DNA from: Ruminococcus albus 7 = DSM 20455
GTDB lineage: Bacteria > Bacillota > Clostridia > Oscillospirales > Ruminococcaceae
Assembly (NCBI RefSeq): GCF_000179635.2
Contig: NC_014833.1
Span: forward strand, 3,300,001-3,332,000
DNA length: 32,000 bases
Reading direction: 5' to 3'
Shown: one piece after another, positions 1 to 8,883 of the stretch
Position numbering within the stretch: the first letter of the stretch is position 1
How the letters are laid out: the number at the start of each line of letters is the position of its first letter
Made by a program: the position numbers and the translations under genes
Notes under the pieces: model-generated
Seen by the model: only the letters and a program-made list of their open reading frames with translations
Database searches by the model: none
What the model was told of the DNA's origin: nothing

Positions 1-370
1 TCATCAGGCGATTGCATTCGGCAATTTCGGAGCGGTCGGGAGTGAGATCAACCCTCGCCCGAACACAGTCACGGATATACTCGGTCTTGTTCTTGTACCC
101 GTACTGCTCACACCTTGCTAAAATGTCCTGCATTTCCGATTCCGTAAAGCGAACATTTAGCGTGTAGGACTTCTTCTCCCTCTTGCGTTTCAGGTACTTG
201 CGTTCATCGTCGGAAAGCTCGTCCTCGGACTTGTGTGCAAGGGTATCGTCAAGCTCGGCTCTGACCTCTTGGTCAAGTGCGTGATTGATAGCTCCCTCAT
301 AAGTCATACCCTCGAACTCCATAGCCTTGCGCTTGGGCGGTCTGCCACGCTTCTTTTTCTCGGTTTCCAT
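1..370 (-). CDS. MobC-like (ribbon-helix-helix) relaxosome accessory protein; partial, C-terminus runs off the left edge
   Basis: My own translation from ATG at 370 (SD aaaggaga upstream on the minus strand) gives METEKKKRGRPPKRK...KKSYTLNVRFTESEMQDILARCEQYGYKNKTEYIRDCV. The frame is open to position 2. The V-x-F-T-x-x-E...YIR pattern is typical of the MobC/RHH mobilization family. The ORF is absent from the track because it has no stop inside the window. Confidence 0.6.
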   Translation of the reverse strand, partial: METEKKKRGRPPKRKAMEFEGMTYEGAINHALDQEVRAELDDTLAHKSEDELSDDERKYLKRKREKKSYTLNVRFTESEMQDILARCEQYGYKNKTEYIRDCVRARVDLTPDRSEIAECNRLM

Positions 371-415
371 AGTGGTGTCTCCTTTGTTTTTATTTCGGCG
401 TAAGCCGATATTTTT

Positions 416-656
416 TTGACCGCTGTGCGGTCATTTCGGGGCTTGGGGTGTACCCAACAAGCATTTGGTATTTTCGCTCGCTGTGCGGCGCAAAATACAA
501 TGCTTGTTATTTTTGTTGCGCTATGGCGCATATTTTTTCGCCTGAGCTTATCTCTCTGCTCAGGCTTTCGATGCTCCGTCAGCGAATTCGTGGAGCGAAT
601 GCGACATCTCTCACCGCCGCTTCGGTCGGCGGTATCTCGCTCACGCTCCAGCGTGA
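416..656. other. Dense cluster of stem-loops upstream of the MobC-like gene; candidate oriT or single-strand initiation region
   Basis: Hairpins read directly from the sequence. 416-432: tgaccgc/gcggtca. 457-507: compound stem acaagcat...atgcttgt plus gtatttt...aaaatac. 541-564: cctgagc/gctcagg. 613-633: accgccg/cggcggt with a cttcgg loop. 641-656: tcacgc/gcgtga. The ORFs listed here have implausible composition. Confidence 0.3.
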
Positions 657-819
657 TGCTTTCAATCATCATCGGTGTCAATATTCTAAACTGGTACGGC
701 GCAGTTTCAGCGCAATGAGGGCGGCAATCTGGTGAAAAGTTTGCCGTTGAAATTATCCCCATAACAACTTGACGAACTCGAAAACTCTAATGGCGCACAA
801 AGTTCATGCGCCCTGCGAA

Positions 820-849
820 TAGACAGATAGCTCCGAAATTTGCTATAAT
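820..849 (+). promoter_or_regulatory. Sigma-70-like promoter for the 908..3394 gene set
   Basis: -35 tagaca (820-825), 18-nt spacer, -10 tataat (844-849) preceded by tgc. Confidence 0.35.
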
Positions 850-907
850 ATTATCGTGGGGTTAAATCAAATCCTGCGATACTCCAAACCGAAAAGAGGT
901 GATGCGA

Positions 908-1315
908 ATGAGCAAGAAAGCTAAGAGTGAGGTCGCTGACAACTCTGCTGATACCGTCATGGACGGAGTGCTGTCTGAAAATCAGGCAAAGCTCAACAAA
1001 CTGAACAGTTCTATTCAGGCAGCCTATGAACGCCGTCGTAAGATTATTACGGACAGCAAACTCTACACCTACGATAAGCTCTCACAGCTTTACGGTGGTG
1101 CTGAGGGGCAGGCACTTCTCGATGCAGTCACTGCGGAGCATATGCTGATCGGCAAACTGACCGACAGCGGAATGTCCTACGCTGACATCGAGGGGCTGGT
1201 CGATAGCTCTGACGGTGCAGACAACAAGTCGGGCAATGTTTCCAACAACGGCTCTGCCGATGATGAATTTGTCGGGCAAACTTCTTTCTTCGGAGATAAT
1301 TCCTACAAGGATTAA
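908..1315 (+). CDS. Hypothetical protein of the mobile element
   Basis: ORF 899..1315. The ATG at 908 lies 8 nt after SD agagg (895-899). The protein is acidic, coiled-coil-like and low-complexity at the C-terminus. No family recognised. Confidence 0.5.
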   Translation: MSKKAKSEVADNSADTVMDGVLSENQAKLNKLNSSIQAAYERRRKIITDSKLYTYDKLSQLYGGAEGQALLDAVTAEHMLIGKLTDSGMSYADIEGLVDSSDGADNKSGNVSNNGSADDEFVGQTSFFGDNSYKD

Positions 1316-1474
1316 CATATTTCCGACAACAAAACGATAGCTGTGAGAGGGACGGCAGCAATGCCGTTCCGCACGGCTATAATCACAACCAACAACCATG
1401 AGGGTAAGAGATATAAAGCGAAGCCCTCAAACCAAAAGCATAGAAACAGACAAGCTAAAGGAGAAAAATTCGCT

Positions 1475-1678
1475 ATGAATGAAACAACAACTGCCGCCGT
1501 TGCGGTAACAGATAACGTGTCCGAGTATCATATCGGGCATACAACATACAGAGTGAAAACTGTCTTTAACCCAGCTTTTCGGGAGAGCCTGAGCGATATA
1601 CTTGCAAGGCTCATCACAGAGGACTGTGAGAAAATGCTCGGTGAATCCGGACAAGAACAGGACAAGCAGGCTGTGTGA
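1475..1678 (+). CDS. TnpW-like small transposon-encoded protein
   Basis: Internal ATG at 1475 of ORF 1343..1678 with SD aaaggag (1457-1463). The 67-aa product contains HIGHTTYRVKTVFNP...LSDILARLI, which resembles the TnpW family of Tn4451-type elements (from memory). It sits directly upstream of the serine recombinase. Confidence 0.55.
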   Translation: MNETTTAAVAVTDNVSEYHIGHTTYRVKTVFNPAFRESLSDILARLITEDCEKMLGESGQEQDKQAV

Positions 1679-1723
1679 AATTTTAGCTTGGTGTGTATTG
1701 ACTTTTTCGGCAATGCGCGCTAA

Positions 1724-3394
<1,671 letters not shown>

Positions 3395-3449
3395 CCGACG
3401 GTGTTATGCGACTACACTAAGGGAGAAAAAACTTCTATATCACTACTGT

Positions 3450-3484
3450 GCTTTTGGTCAAGCTTTTCGCGAAAAGCTTGCGGG
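3450..3484. repeat. Left copy of the perfect 35-bp inverted repeat (gcttttggtcaagcttttcgcgaaaagcttgcggg)
   Basis: Exact reverse complement of 4059..4093. It contains the 22-bp perfect palindrome caagcttttcgcgaaaagcttg. Confidence 0.9.
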
Positions 3485-4058
3485 GAGTTTGAGGGGCGGA
3501 GTCCCTCAATCACCAAGGGAAGAAACCAAAATGCAATGCGAACTATAAGAGCGAAACAAACTCCCGACCCAAAAGGCGCGGCAATAAAAGAACTCGGAGC
3601 GCGGACAAACAAACGTTCACGCTCTAACTTTGTGCGTATATATTGCCGCGCCCGTCATCGGACAGCGAAGCGCTTCCGATGACTCGCCCCGTAAGGGGCG
3701 ACCTTGTCCATCGCAGTACAAAGGATAAGAATGAAGCACTCCGGCTGTTAGTAAGCAGATGCCTGTATGATAATATAGCTCGGGGATTGCTGGCTGGTCG
3801 ACGGTTTGGTTCTGGGACATAGCTTTGTGAGCTTTCGCCCCTCGTTCCTCGGGTCAAGCCGTCAAAGACGCTTCGCTGTTTGACGGCGTGCGCGGCAATA
3901 ATTTACGGACAAAGTTTGTGCGGGTGGATTAGTTTTGCACACGCTCGGAATTTTGTTATTGCCGCGCATTTTTGACAGGACGGTTAGTTTGCTGTGCTCT
4001 TATAGATCGCTATGTATTTTTGTTTTGCGCCTTGATGCGAGGGCTCTGCCCTCGCGCT

Positions 4059-4093
4059 CCCGCAAGCTTTTCGCGAAAAGCTTGACCAAAAGC
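4059..4093. repeat. Right copy of the perfect 35-bp inverted repeat
   Basis: cccgcaagcttttcgcgaaaagcttgaccaaaagc is the exact reverse complement of 3450..3484. Confidence 0.9.
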
Positions 4094-4168
4094 TCGGTTC
4101 GCGGCTCGGTTTGTCTGATGCGTCAGTTTGTTTCCGCGCCTATATCCGATAATTTATCCATCTGTGTC

Positions 4169-4197
4169 TTTACTTTTATAAAATAGTATGGTATAAT
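4169..4197 (+). promoter_or_regulatory. purB promoter with extended -10
   Basis: -35 tttact (4169-4174), 17-nt spacer, TG-g-TATAAT (4189-4197). Confidence 0.45.
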
Positions 4198-4309
4198 AAA
4201 TTTATCTGATGCCCCATGCACCTGTCAATTAGTTTTTTACAGTCATATGCATGGGTGTTATCGCGGTAAATATTTTTTCACCCGAAATTATTTGAAAGAG
4301 GTAATGACT

Positions 4310-5749
4310 ATGTCAACTAACAGCTATGAATCCCCCTTCTGCACAAGGTATGCCAGCAAGGAGATGCAGTATATCTTCTCCGCTGACAAAAAGTTCACCA
4401 CATGGAGAAAGCTCTGGGTAGCACTGGCAAGGGCTGAGATGAAGCTGGGTCTTAATGTAACTCAGGCACAGGTGGATGAGCTTGCCGCTCACATCAACGA
4501 TGTTGATTACGCTAAGGCTGCTGAGTATGAAAAGAAGTTCCGCCACGATGTTATGGCTCACGTACATACCTATGGTGAGGTTTGCCCCAACGCCAAGGGC
4601 ATAATCCACATGGGTGCGACTTCCTGCTATGTAGGTGACAACACCGATGTCATCATCATGCGCGATGCTCTGACTATCGTTAAGAGAAAGCTTGTTAAGG
4701 TAATTGACCAGCTGGCTAAGTTCGCTGACAAGTACAAGAACCTGCCTTGTCTGGCTTACACACACCTCCAGCCCGCACAGCTGACTACCGTGGGCAAGAG
4801 AGCTACTCTCTGGTGCAACGAGCTGGTAATGGACCTTGAAGACCTTGATTTCCAGCTCGGCAGACTGAAGCTGCTGGGTTCAAAGGGTACAACAGGTACT
4901 CAGGCTTCATTCATGGAGCTTTTCCACGGCGATACCGACAAGGTAAAGGAGCTTGAAAAGCTGATAGCTGAGGAAATGGGCTTTGATGCAGTTGTTCCCG
5001 TATCGGGTCAGACCTATTCCAGAAAGGTCGACTTCGCTGTATGTCAGGTACTGGCTGCTATCTCACAGAGCGCTATGAAGTTCGGCAACGATATAAGACT
5101 TCTCCAGTCCTTCAAGGAGATAGAAGAACCGTTTGAGAAGACCCAGATAGGTTCTTCCGCTATGGCTTACAAGCGTAACCCCATGAGAGATGAGAGAATC
5201 TGCTCACTGGCAAGATACGTTATGTGCGACGTACTGAACCCTGCATTCACAGCAGGTACACAGTGGTTCGAGAGAACACTGGATGACTCCGCTAACAAGC
5301 GTATCTCCGTAGCTGAGGCTTTCCTCGGTGTTGACGCTATACTCAACATCATGCTGAACGTTACTGACCCCGAGAACGGTCTGGTGGTATACGACAAGAT
5401 CATCACCAAGAGAGTTATGGCTGAACTGCCTTTCATGGCTACCGAGAATGTAATCATGGACGCTTGCGAAAAGGGCGGCGACAGACAGGAGCTTCACGAG
5501 CATATCAGAGAGCTTTCCATGATAGCAGGTGCTCATGTTAAGCAGGACGGTCTTGACAATGATCTTGCTGACCTCATCGCGGCTGACCCGATCTTCAAGG
5601 TAACAAGAGAAGAGCTGGCTGAGATAATGAAGCCCGAGAACTACATCGGCAGATGCCCTCAGCAGGTAGATGAGTTCATAGCTAACGTTGTAAAGCCAAT
5701 CATCGATGCTAACGGCGTATCGGACGATGTTGCAGAGATAAACGTATAA
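4310..5749 (+). CDS. purB: Adenylosuccinate lyase
   Basis: The fumarate-lyase signature GSSAMAYKRNP is present and the N-terminal YESPFCTRYASKEM is typical of PurB. I chose the ATG at 4310 because it follows SD gaaagagg (4295-4302), rather than the track start at 4247. Confidence 0.93.
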   Translation: MSTNSYESPFCTRYASKEMQYIFSADKKFTTWRKLWVALARAEMKLGLNVTQAQVDELAAHINDVDYAKAAEYEKKFRHDVMAHVHTYGEVCPNAKGIIHMGATSCYVGDNTDVIIMRDALTIVKRKLVKVIDQLAKFADKYKNLPCLAYTHLQPAQLTTVGKRATLWCNELVMDLEDLDFQLGRLKLLGSKGTTGTQASFMELFHGDTDKVKELEKLIAEEMGFDAVVPVSGQTYSRKVDFAVCQVLAAISQSAMKFGNDIRLLQSFKEIEEPFEKTQIGSSAMAYKRNPMRDERICSLARYVMCDVLNPAFTAGTQWFERTLDDSANKRISVAEAFLGVDAILNIMLNVTDPENGLVVYDKIITKRVMAELPFMATENVIMDACEKGGDRQELHEHIRELSMIAGAHVKQDGLDNDLADLIAADPIFKVTREELAEIMKPENYIGRCPQQVDEFIANVVKPIIDANGVSDDVAEINV

Positions 5750-5830
5750 TATAAAGACAAATATTCAAAAGCTGAAAGCCTCCCCTGCCGAGATAATGCT
5801 CACGGGGGACGGCGCTGCTTTTTATAAGAT

Positions 5831-6056
5831 ATGAAAGACAGTACTTATTTCGATAGTATAACTCCCTGCGGTGAGAACTGCACCGGATGCAAAAATAAGC
5901 AGAATGGCAGATGCAGGATATTTGCTTGTGCAACAGAGCACGGTGCCGTGTTCTGCGGTGTGCGGAAAGTTTCCGTGAGATAAATTTCTCACATGGAAAC
6001 ATGACCCCGTATCGGAATTGAAAAAACTTGCAAAAGAATACAGAAAATATACATGA
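5831..6056 (+). pseudogene. DUF3795-like Cys-rich protein, disrupted by a frameshift near 5957-5962 and an in-frame TGA at 5976-5978
   Basis: Frame 1 from ATG 5831 reads MKDSTYFDSITPCGENCTGCKNKQNGRCRIFACATEHGAVFCG and stops at 5983. The +1 frame continues VCGKFP-TGA-DKFLTWKHDPVSELKKLAKEYRKYT and ends at 6056. Joined, these give the CG..C..C / C.I..CA...G...CG.CG.FPC pattern I associate with DUF3795. Confidence 0.4.
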
Positions 6057-6316
6057 GAACCAAAATGAGAAGAAGATACGATAACAACGGCTATTATGGC
6101 GGAAAGGTCTGCCCGAAATGCGGGTATCCAGGCTGTCAGATAGTAAATGAAACCACCACAACAGGTGGAGATTACGGCGTTTGCAAAGGTCTGTGCGGTT
6201 TTATGCTGCTTCACAATCCCGTGGGACTGCTGTGCGGTCTTTGCGGAATGAAAACCAAGACAACTACCCGCGCTTACTGGGCTTGCCCAAGCTGCGGAAA
6301 GAAATTCAAGGTATGA
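6053..6316 (+). CDS. Small zinc-ribbon membrane-insertion protein (LITAF-like architecture)
   Basis: 87 aa. A CPKCG knuckle is followed by the hydrophobic stretch GLCGFMLLHNPVGLLCGLCG and then a WACPSCGKKF knuckle. Its ATG overlaps the upstream stop (ATGA at 6053-6056) and its stop overlaps the next start. No strong SD. Confidence 0.55.
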   Translation: MRTKMRRRYDNNGYYGGKVCPKCGYPGCQIVNETTTTGGDYGVCKGLCGFMLLHNPVGLLCGLCGMKTKTTTRAYWACPSCGKKFKV

Positions 6317-6696
6317 CCGAGAACAGAAAGCAGGAACTCTGGGTGAAAGCCATGGAGTGCGGTGCGATGTACGGTTGTCATCAGCGGGCGGACAGAAGCT
6401 TTTTTCTGGGGCAGTGGCAGTTCCCTGTGTGTGCGAGATGCACGGGGGTAATGATAGGTCACTTTATCGGATTTCACCTTGCTTTGAAAAAGCGGAAATC
6501 CTCATGGGCGGCGGTATGCTTTTGCGAAGTCATGCTGGCGGATTGGGTATTGCAGGCAATGAAGATAAAGGGATCCACCAACACAAGGCGGCTGGTGACA
6601 GGTATTGCAGGCGGTCTCGGGACAGCTGTGCTGTACTTCAAGGTATGGCGGAGGATACTTTCAGCGGTACACATTCAATTTTCTACTAAAGAGTGA
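6313..6696 (+). CDS. DUF2085 family membrane protein
   Basis: Internal ATG at 6313 (ATGA overlap with the upstream stop). The motif CHQRADRSFF...FPVCARCTG is characteristic of DUF2085, followed by hydrophobic helices. Confidence 0.7.
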   Translation: MTENRKQELWVKAMECGAMYGCHQRADRSFFLGQWQFPVCARCTGVMIGHFIGFHLALKKRKSSWAAVCFCEVMLADWVLQAMKIKGSTNTRRLVTGIAGGLGTAVLYFKVWRRILSAVHIQFSTKE

Positions 6697-6700
6697 TATA

Positions 6701-7327
6701 ATGGATATAACTAAATATCAGAAAGCGGCGGACGAGATACTTGACCGCCTTATAAATGCCATGCGTGGCGGCAGGGCGGAGATACACCCTCAGTCGCTGA
6801 TATGTGCGGTGGGCGCACTGGCGGGATACTCCTGTCAGAAAGATGTGCGCGTGATGTTCATGAAAAAGAACGGTCTTTCGGAGGACAAGGTGTTCATGAT
6901 AATGACCGACAAGCAGGGCAGGAAATTCTATTTCGGAGACCTTATAAACGAACCTCTCGTCAACGAGAAGTATTCGGTGTGGTCGATGATAGGCGGCGCT
7001 GTAAAACAGCACGGCGGTAAACTGCCCGATGTGAACGACATATTCCGCTACATATCCTACACCGTGGGTGGCGAGAATTTCGGAAAGCCCCGCGCCTGCG
7101 AAATTGGCGATGATATGGGCATCTACCTGAAACAGCTGTGGCTCCCCCTTAATGAGATAGCAAGCAGGTATGCCGAGGACGGCGAGCTGCATATCATATA
7201 CGGCATTGCTCTGCAAAAGGCGGTATACGCGGCAGGCAAGCAGATGGACGTCACCGAGGCGGCGCGGATAGCTATGGAGAGCGCCGTCAGCATGAGCAAG
7301 GTGGATTACAACAGTTATTGCAAGTAA
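6701..7327 (+). CDS. Hypothetical protein (208 aa), family not recognised
   Basis: The ATG at 6701 lies 4 nt after the DUF2085 stop. Composition is coding-like along the whole length. A shadow ORF lies on the opposite strand. Confidence 0.6.
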   Translation: MDITKYQKAADEILDRLINAMRGGRAEIHPQSLICAVGALAGYSCQKDVRVMFMKKNGLSEDKVFMIMTDKQGRKFYFGDLINEPLVNEKYSVWSMIGGAVKQHGGKLPDVNDIFRYISYTVGGENFGKPRACEIGDDMGIYLKQLWLPLNEIASRYAEDGELHIIYGIALQKAVYAAGKQMDVTEAARIAMESAVSMSKVDYNSYCK

Positions 7328-7387
7328 AAAATTTCAGACCCGAACTTCGGGACTGACTTATTATAGTAAACGAAAGGACAGATACTA

Positions 7388-8656
7388 ATGAAGATCGAAA
7401 CTAAATGTTTGCATGAGGGATATACCCCCAAGAACGGAGAACCCAGAGTTGTGCCCATAGTACAGAGCACTACTTATGTGTATGACTCCACCGATGCTGT
7501 GGCTGCGGTATTTGATGACCCCACCCTCAGCCTTATTTACGGACGTTTTGAGAACCCCACTACTGACGCAGTTGAAAAGAAGATCGCTGCTCTCGAGGGC
7601 GGTGTGGCAGCTATGTGTACTTCTTCCGGTCAGGCTGCTTCCCTCTGCTCGATACTGAACATCTGCGAGAGCGGTGACAGCTTTATCGCTTCTACCGCTA
7701 TATACGGCGGCACTATCAACCTGTTCAGCATAACACTGAAAAAGCTGGGCATCGAGTGCATATGGGTAGACCCAGACTGCACAGAGGAAGAGCTTATGGC
7801 TGCATTCAAGCCCAACACCAAGCTGGTATTCGGTGAGACAATCGCTAACCCCTCACTGACTGTACTTGATATCGAAAAGTTCGCAAAGGCTGCACACGCT
7901 AACGGCGTTCCGCTGATAGTTGACAACACCTTTGCTACACCTATACTTTGCAGACCTATAGAGTGGGGTGCTGATATCGTTATACACTCCACATCAAAGT
8001 ACATGGACGGCCATGCAGTACAGGTAGGCGGCGTTATCGTTGACAGCGGCAAGTTCGACTGGACAGCAAGCGGCAAGTTCCCCTGCATGACTGAACCCGA
8101 TGAGAGCTATCACGGCACTATTTACACCGAGAAGTATCCTTTTGCACCTTTCATCGTAAAGGCTCGTATGCAGCTGATGAGAGACTTCGGCTGCTACCCT
8201 GCTGCTAACTCCTCTTTCCTGCTGAACCTCGGTCTGGAAACACTGCCTGTACGTATGAAGCAGTATGTTGAGAACGCTAAGATCGTAGCTGAGTACCTGA
8301 ACAATAACGACAAGGTCGAGAGCGTGTTCTATCCCGGTCTGGAGGGCAACAAGTACTATCCTCTGGTACAGAAGTATCTGCCTCTTGGTGCTTCTGGCGT
8401 TATCAGCTTCTCTATCAAGGGCGGCAGACCTGTTGCTGTCAAGTTCATGGATAGCCTGAAACTTGCTTCCAACGAAGTTCACGTTGCAGATATCCGTACC
8501 TGCGTACTGCACCCCGCTTCTGCTACACACAGACAGCTGACCGATGAACAGCTGGTAGCCGCAGGCATCGACGGCGGTATGATAAGATTCTCCGTTGGTC
8601 TTGAAAACGTTGAGGATATACTGGACGATCTGAAGCAGGCATTTGCGGCTATCTGA
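7388..8656 (+). CDS. metY: O-acetylhomoserine sulfhydrylase / cysteine synthase family PLP enzyme
   Basis: 422 aa. The Cys/Met-metabolism PLP motif HSTSKYMDGH is present. N-terminal TKCLHEGY and C-terminal IRFSVGLENVEDILDDL are typical of the family. SD aaagga lies upstream. Confidence 0.9.
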   Translation: MKIETKCLHEGYTPKNGEPRVVPIVQSTTYVYDSTDAVAAVFDDPTLSLIYGRFENPTTDAVEKKIAALEGGVAAMCTSSGQAASLCSILNICESGDSFIASTAIYGGTINLFSITLKKLGIECIWVDPDCTEEELMAAFKPNTKLVFGETIANPSLTVLDIEKFAKAAHANGVPLIVDNTFATPILCRPIEWGADIVIHSTSKYMDGHAVQVGGVIVDSGKFDWTASGKFPCMTEPDESYHGTIYTEKYPFAPFIVKARMQLMRDFGCYPAANSSFLLNLGLETLPVRMKQYVENAKIVAEYLNNNDKVESVFYPGLEGNKYYPLVQKYLPLGASGVISFSIKGGRPVAVKFMDSLKLASNEVHVADIRTCVLHPASATHRQLTDEQLVAAGIDGGMIRFSVGLENVEDILDDLKQAFAAI

Positions 8657-8688
8657 TCGATAGTTTAACTTATTATTTTGGGGAGACC

Positions 8689-8871
8689 ATGAAAGAATTG
8701 ATATTCTATCTATTAACATTATCTTCTCTGCTATTATCTTTGCCCGGAAATTATAAGCACTATAAAAACAACAACAAAAATATGTACAGATATATAATTA
8801 TTTTTCAGGTCATTTTTATAATAGTAAATATCTTGTTGATAATTAAGACTTTGTTTTCCCGAGCTTTTTGA
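8689..8871 (+). CDS. Small hydrophobic protein (60 aa), hypothetical
   Basis: ORF in the AT-rich island with two hydrophobic segments. The SD (gggag) is only 3 nt from the ATG, so support is weak. Confidence 0.35.
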   Translation: MKELIFYLLTLSSLLLSLPGNYKHYKNNNKNMYRYIIIFQVIFIIVNILLIIKTLFSRAF

Positions 8872-8883
8872 TGAGGAGATAAA

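Larger units (their letters stand above)
3450..4093. other. 644-bp noncoding imperfect palindrome, a candidate large structured RNA or structured DNA repeat; dyad axis at 3771/3772
   Basis: The left arm is homologous to the reverse complement of the right arm over the full length. The outer 35 bp are identical and the interior is diverged. Three local hairpins are preserved by compensatory changes (see findings). A GNRA hairpin tcgcccc-gtaa-ggggcga lies at 3684-3701. No credible ORF is present. Confidence 0.6.

Noticed and set aside
304-762. Track ORFs 304..762(-), 416..718(+) and 448..735(+) in the region upstream of the MobC-like gene
   Set aside because: They overlap each other and the real MobC frame. 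They are Arg/Ser/Cys-rich with no SD sites, and the region is better explained by stem-loops (candidate oriT).
4204-4309. Possible riboswitch or attenuator in the purB leader (8-bp stem cccatgca/tgcatggg, 4213-4220 with 4248-4255)
   Set aside because: I could not find purine- or ZTP-riboswitch core sequences. The T-run lies 16 nt away from the stem, so it is not a canonical terminator. I left it as an unexplained hairpin.
5709-6214. Minus-strand ORFs 5709..6161 and 5822..6214
   Set aside because: Their composition is implausible. The plus strand carries the DUF3795-like remnant and the zinc-ribbon gene, which have recognisable Cys patterns.
7328-7387. SAM riboswitch or T-box upstream of metY
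   Set aside because: The intergenic region is only 60 nt, which is too short. It contains one small hairpin that may be a weak terminator of the upstream gene.
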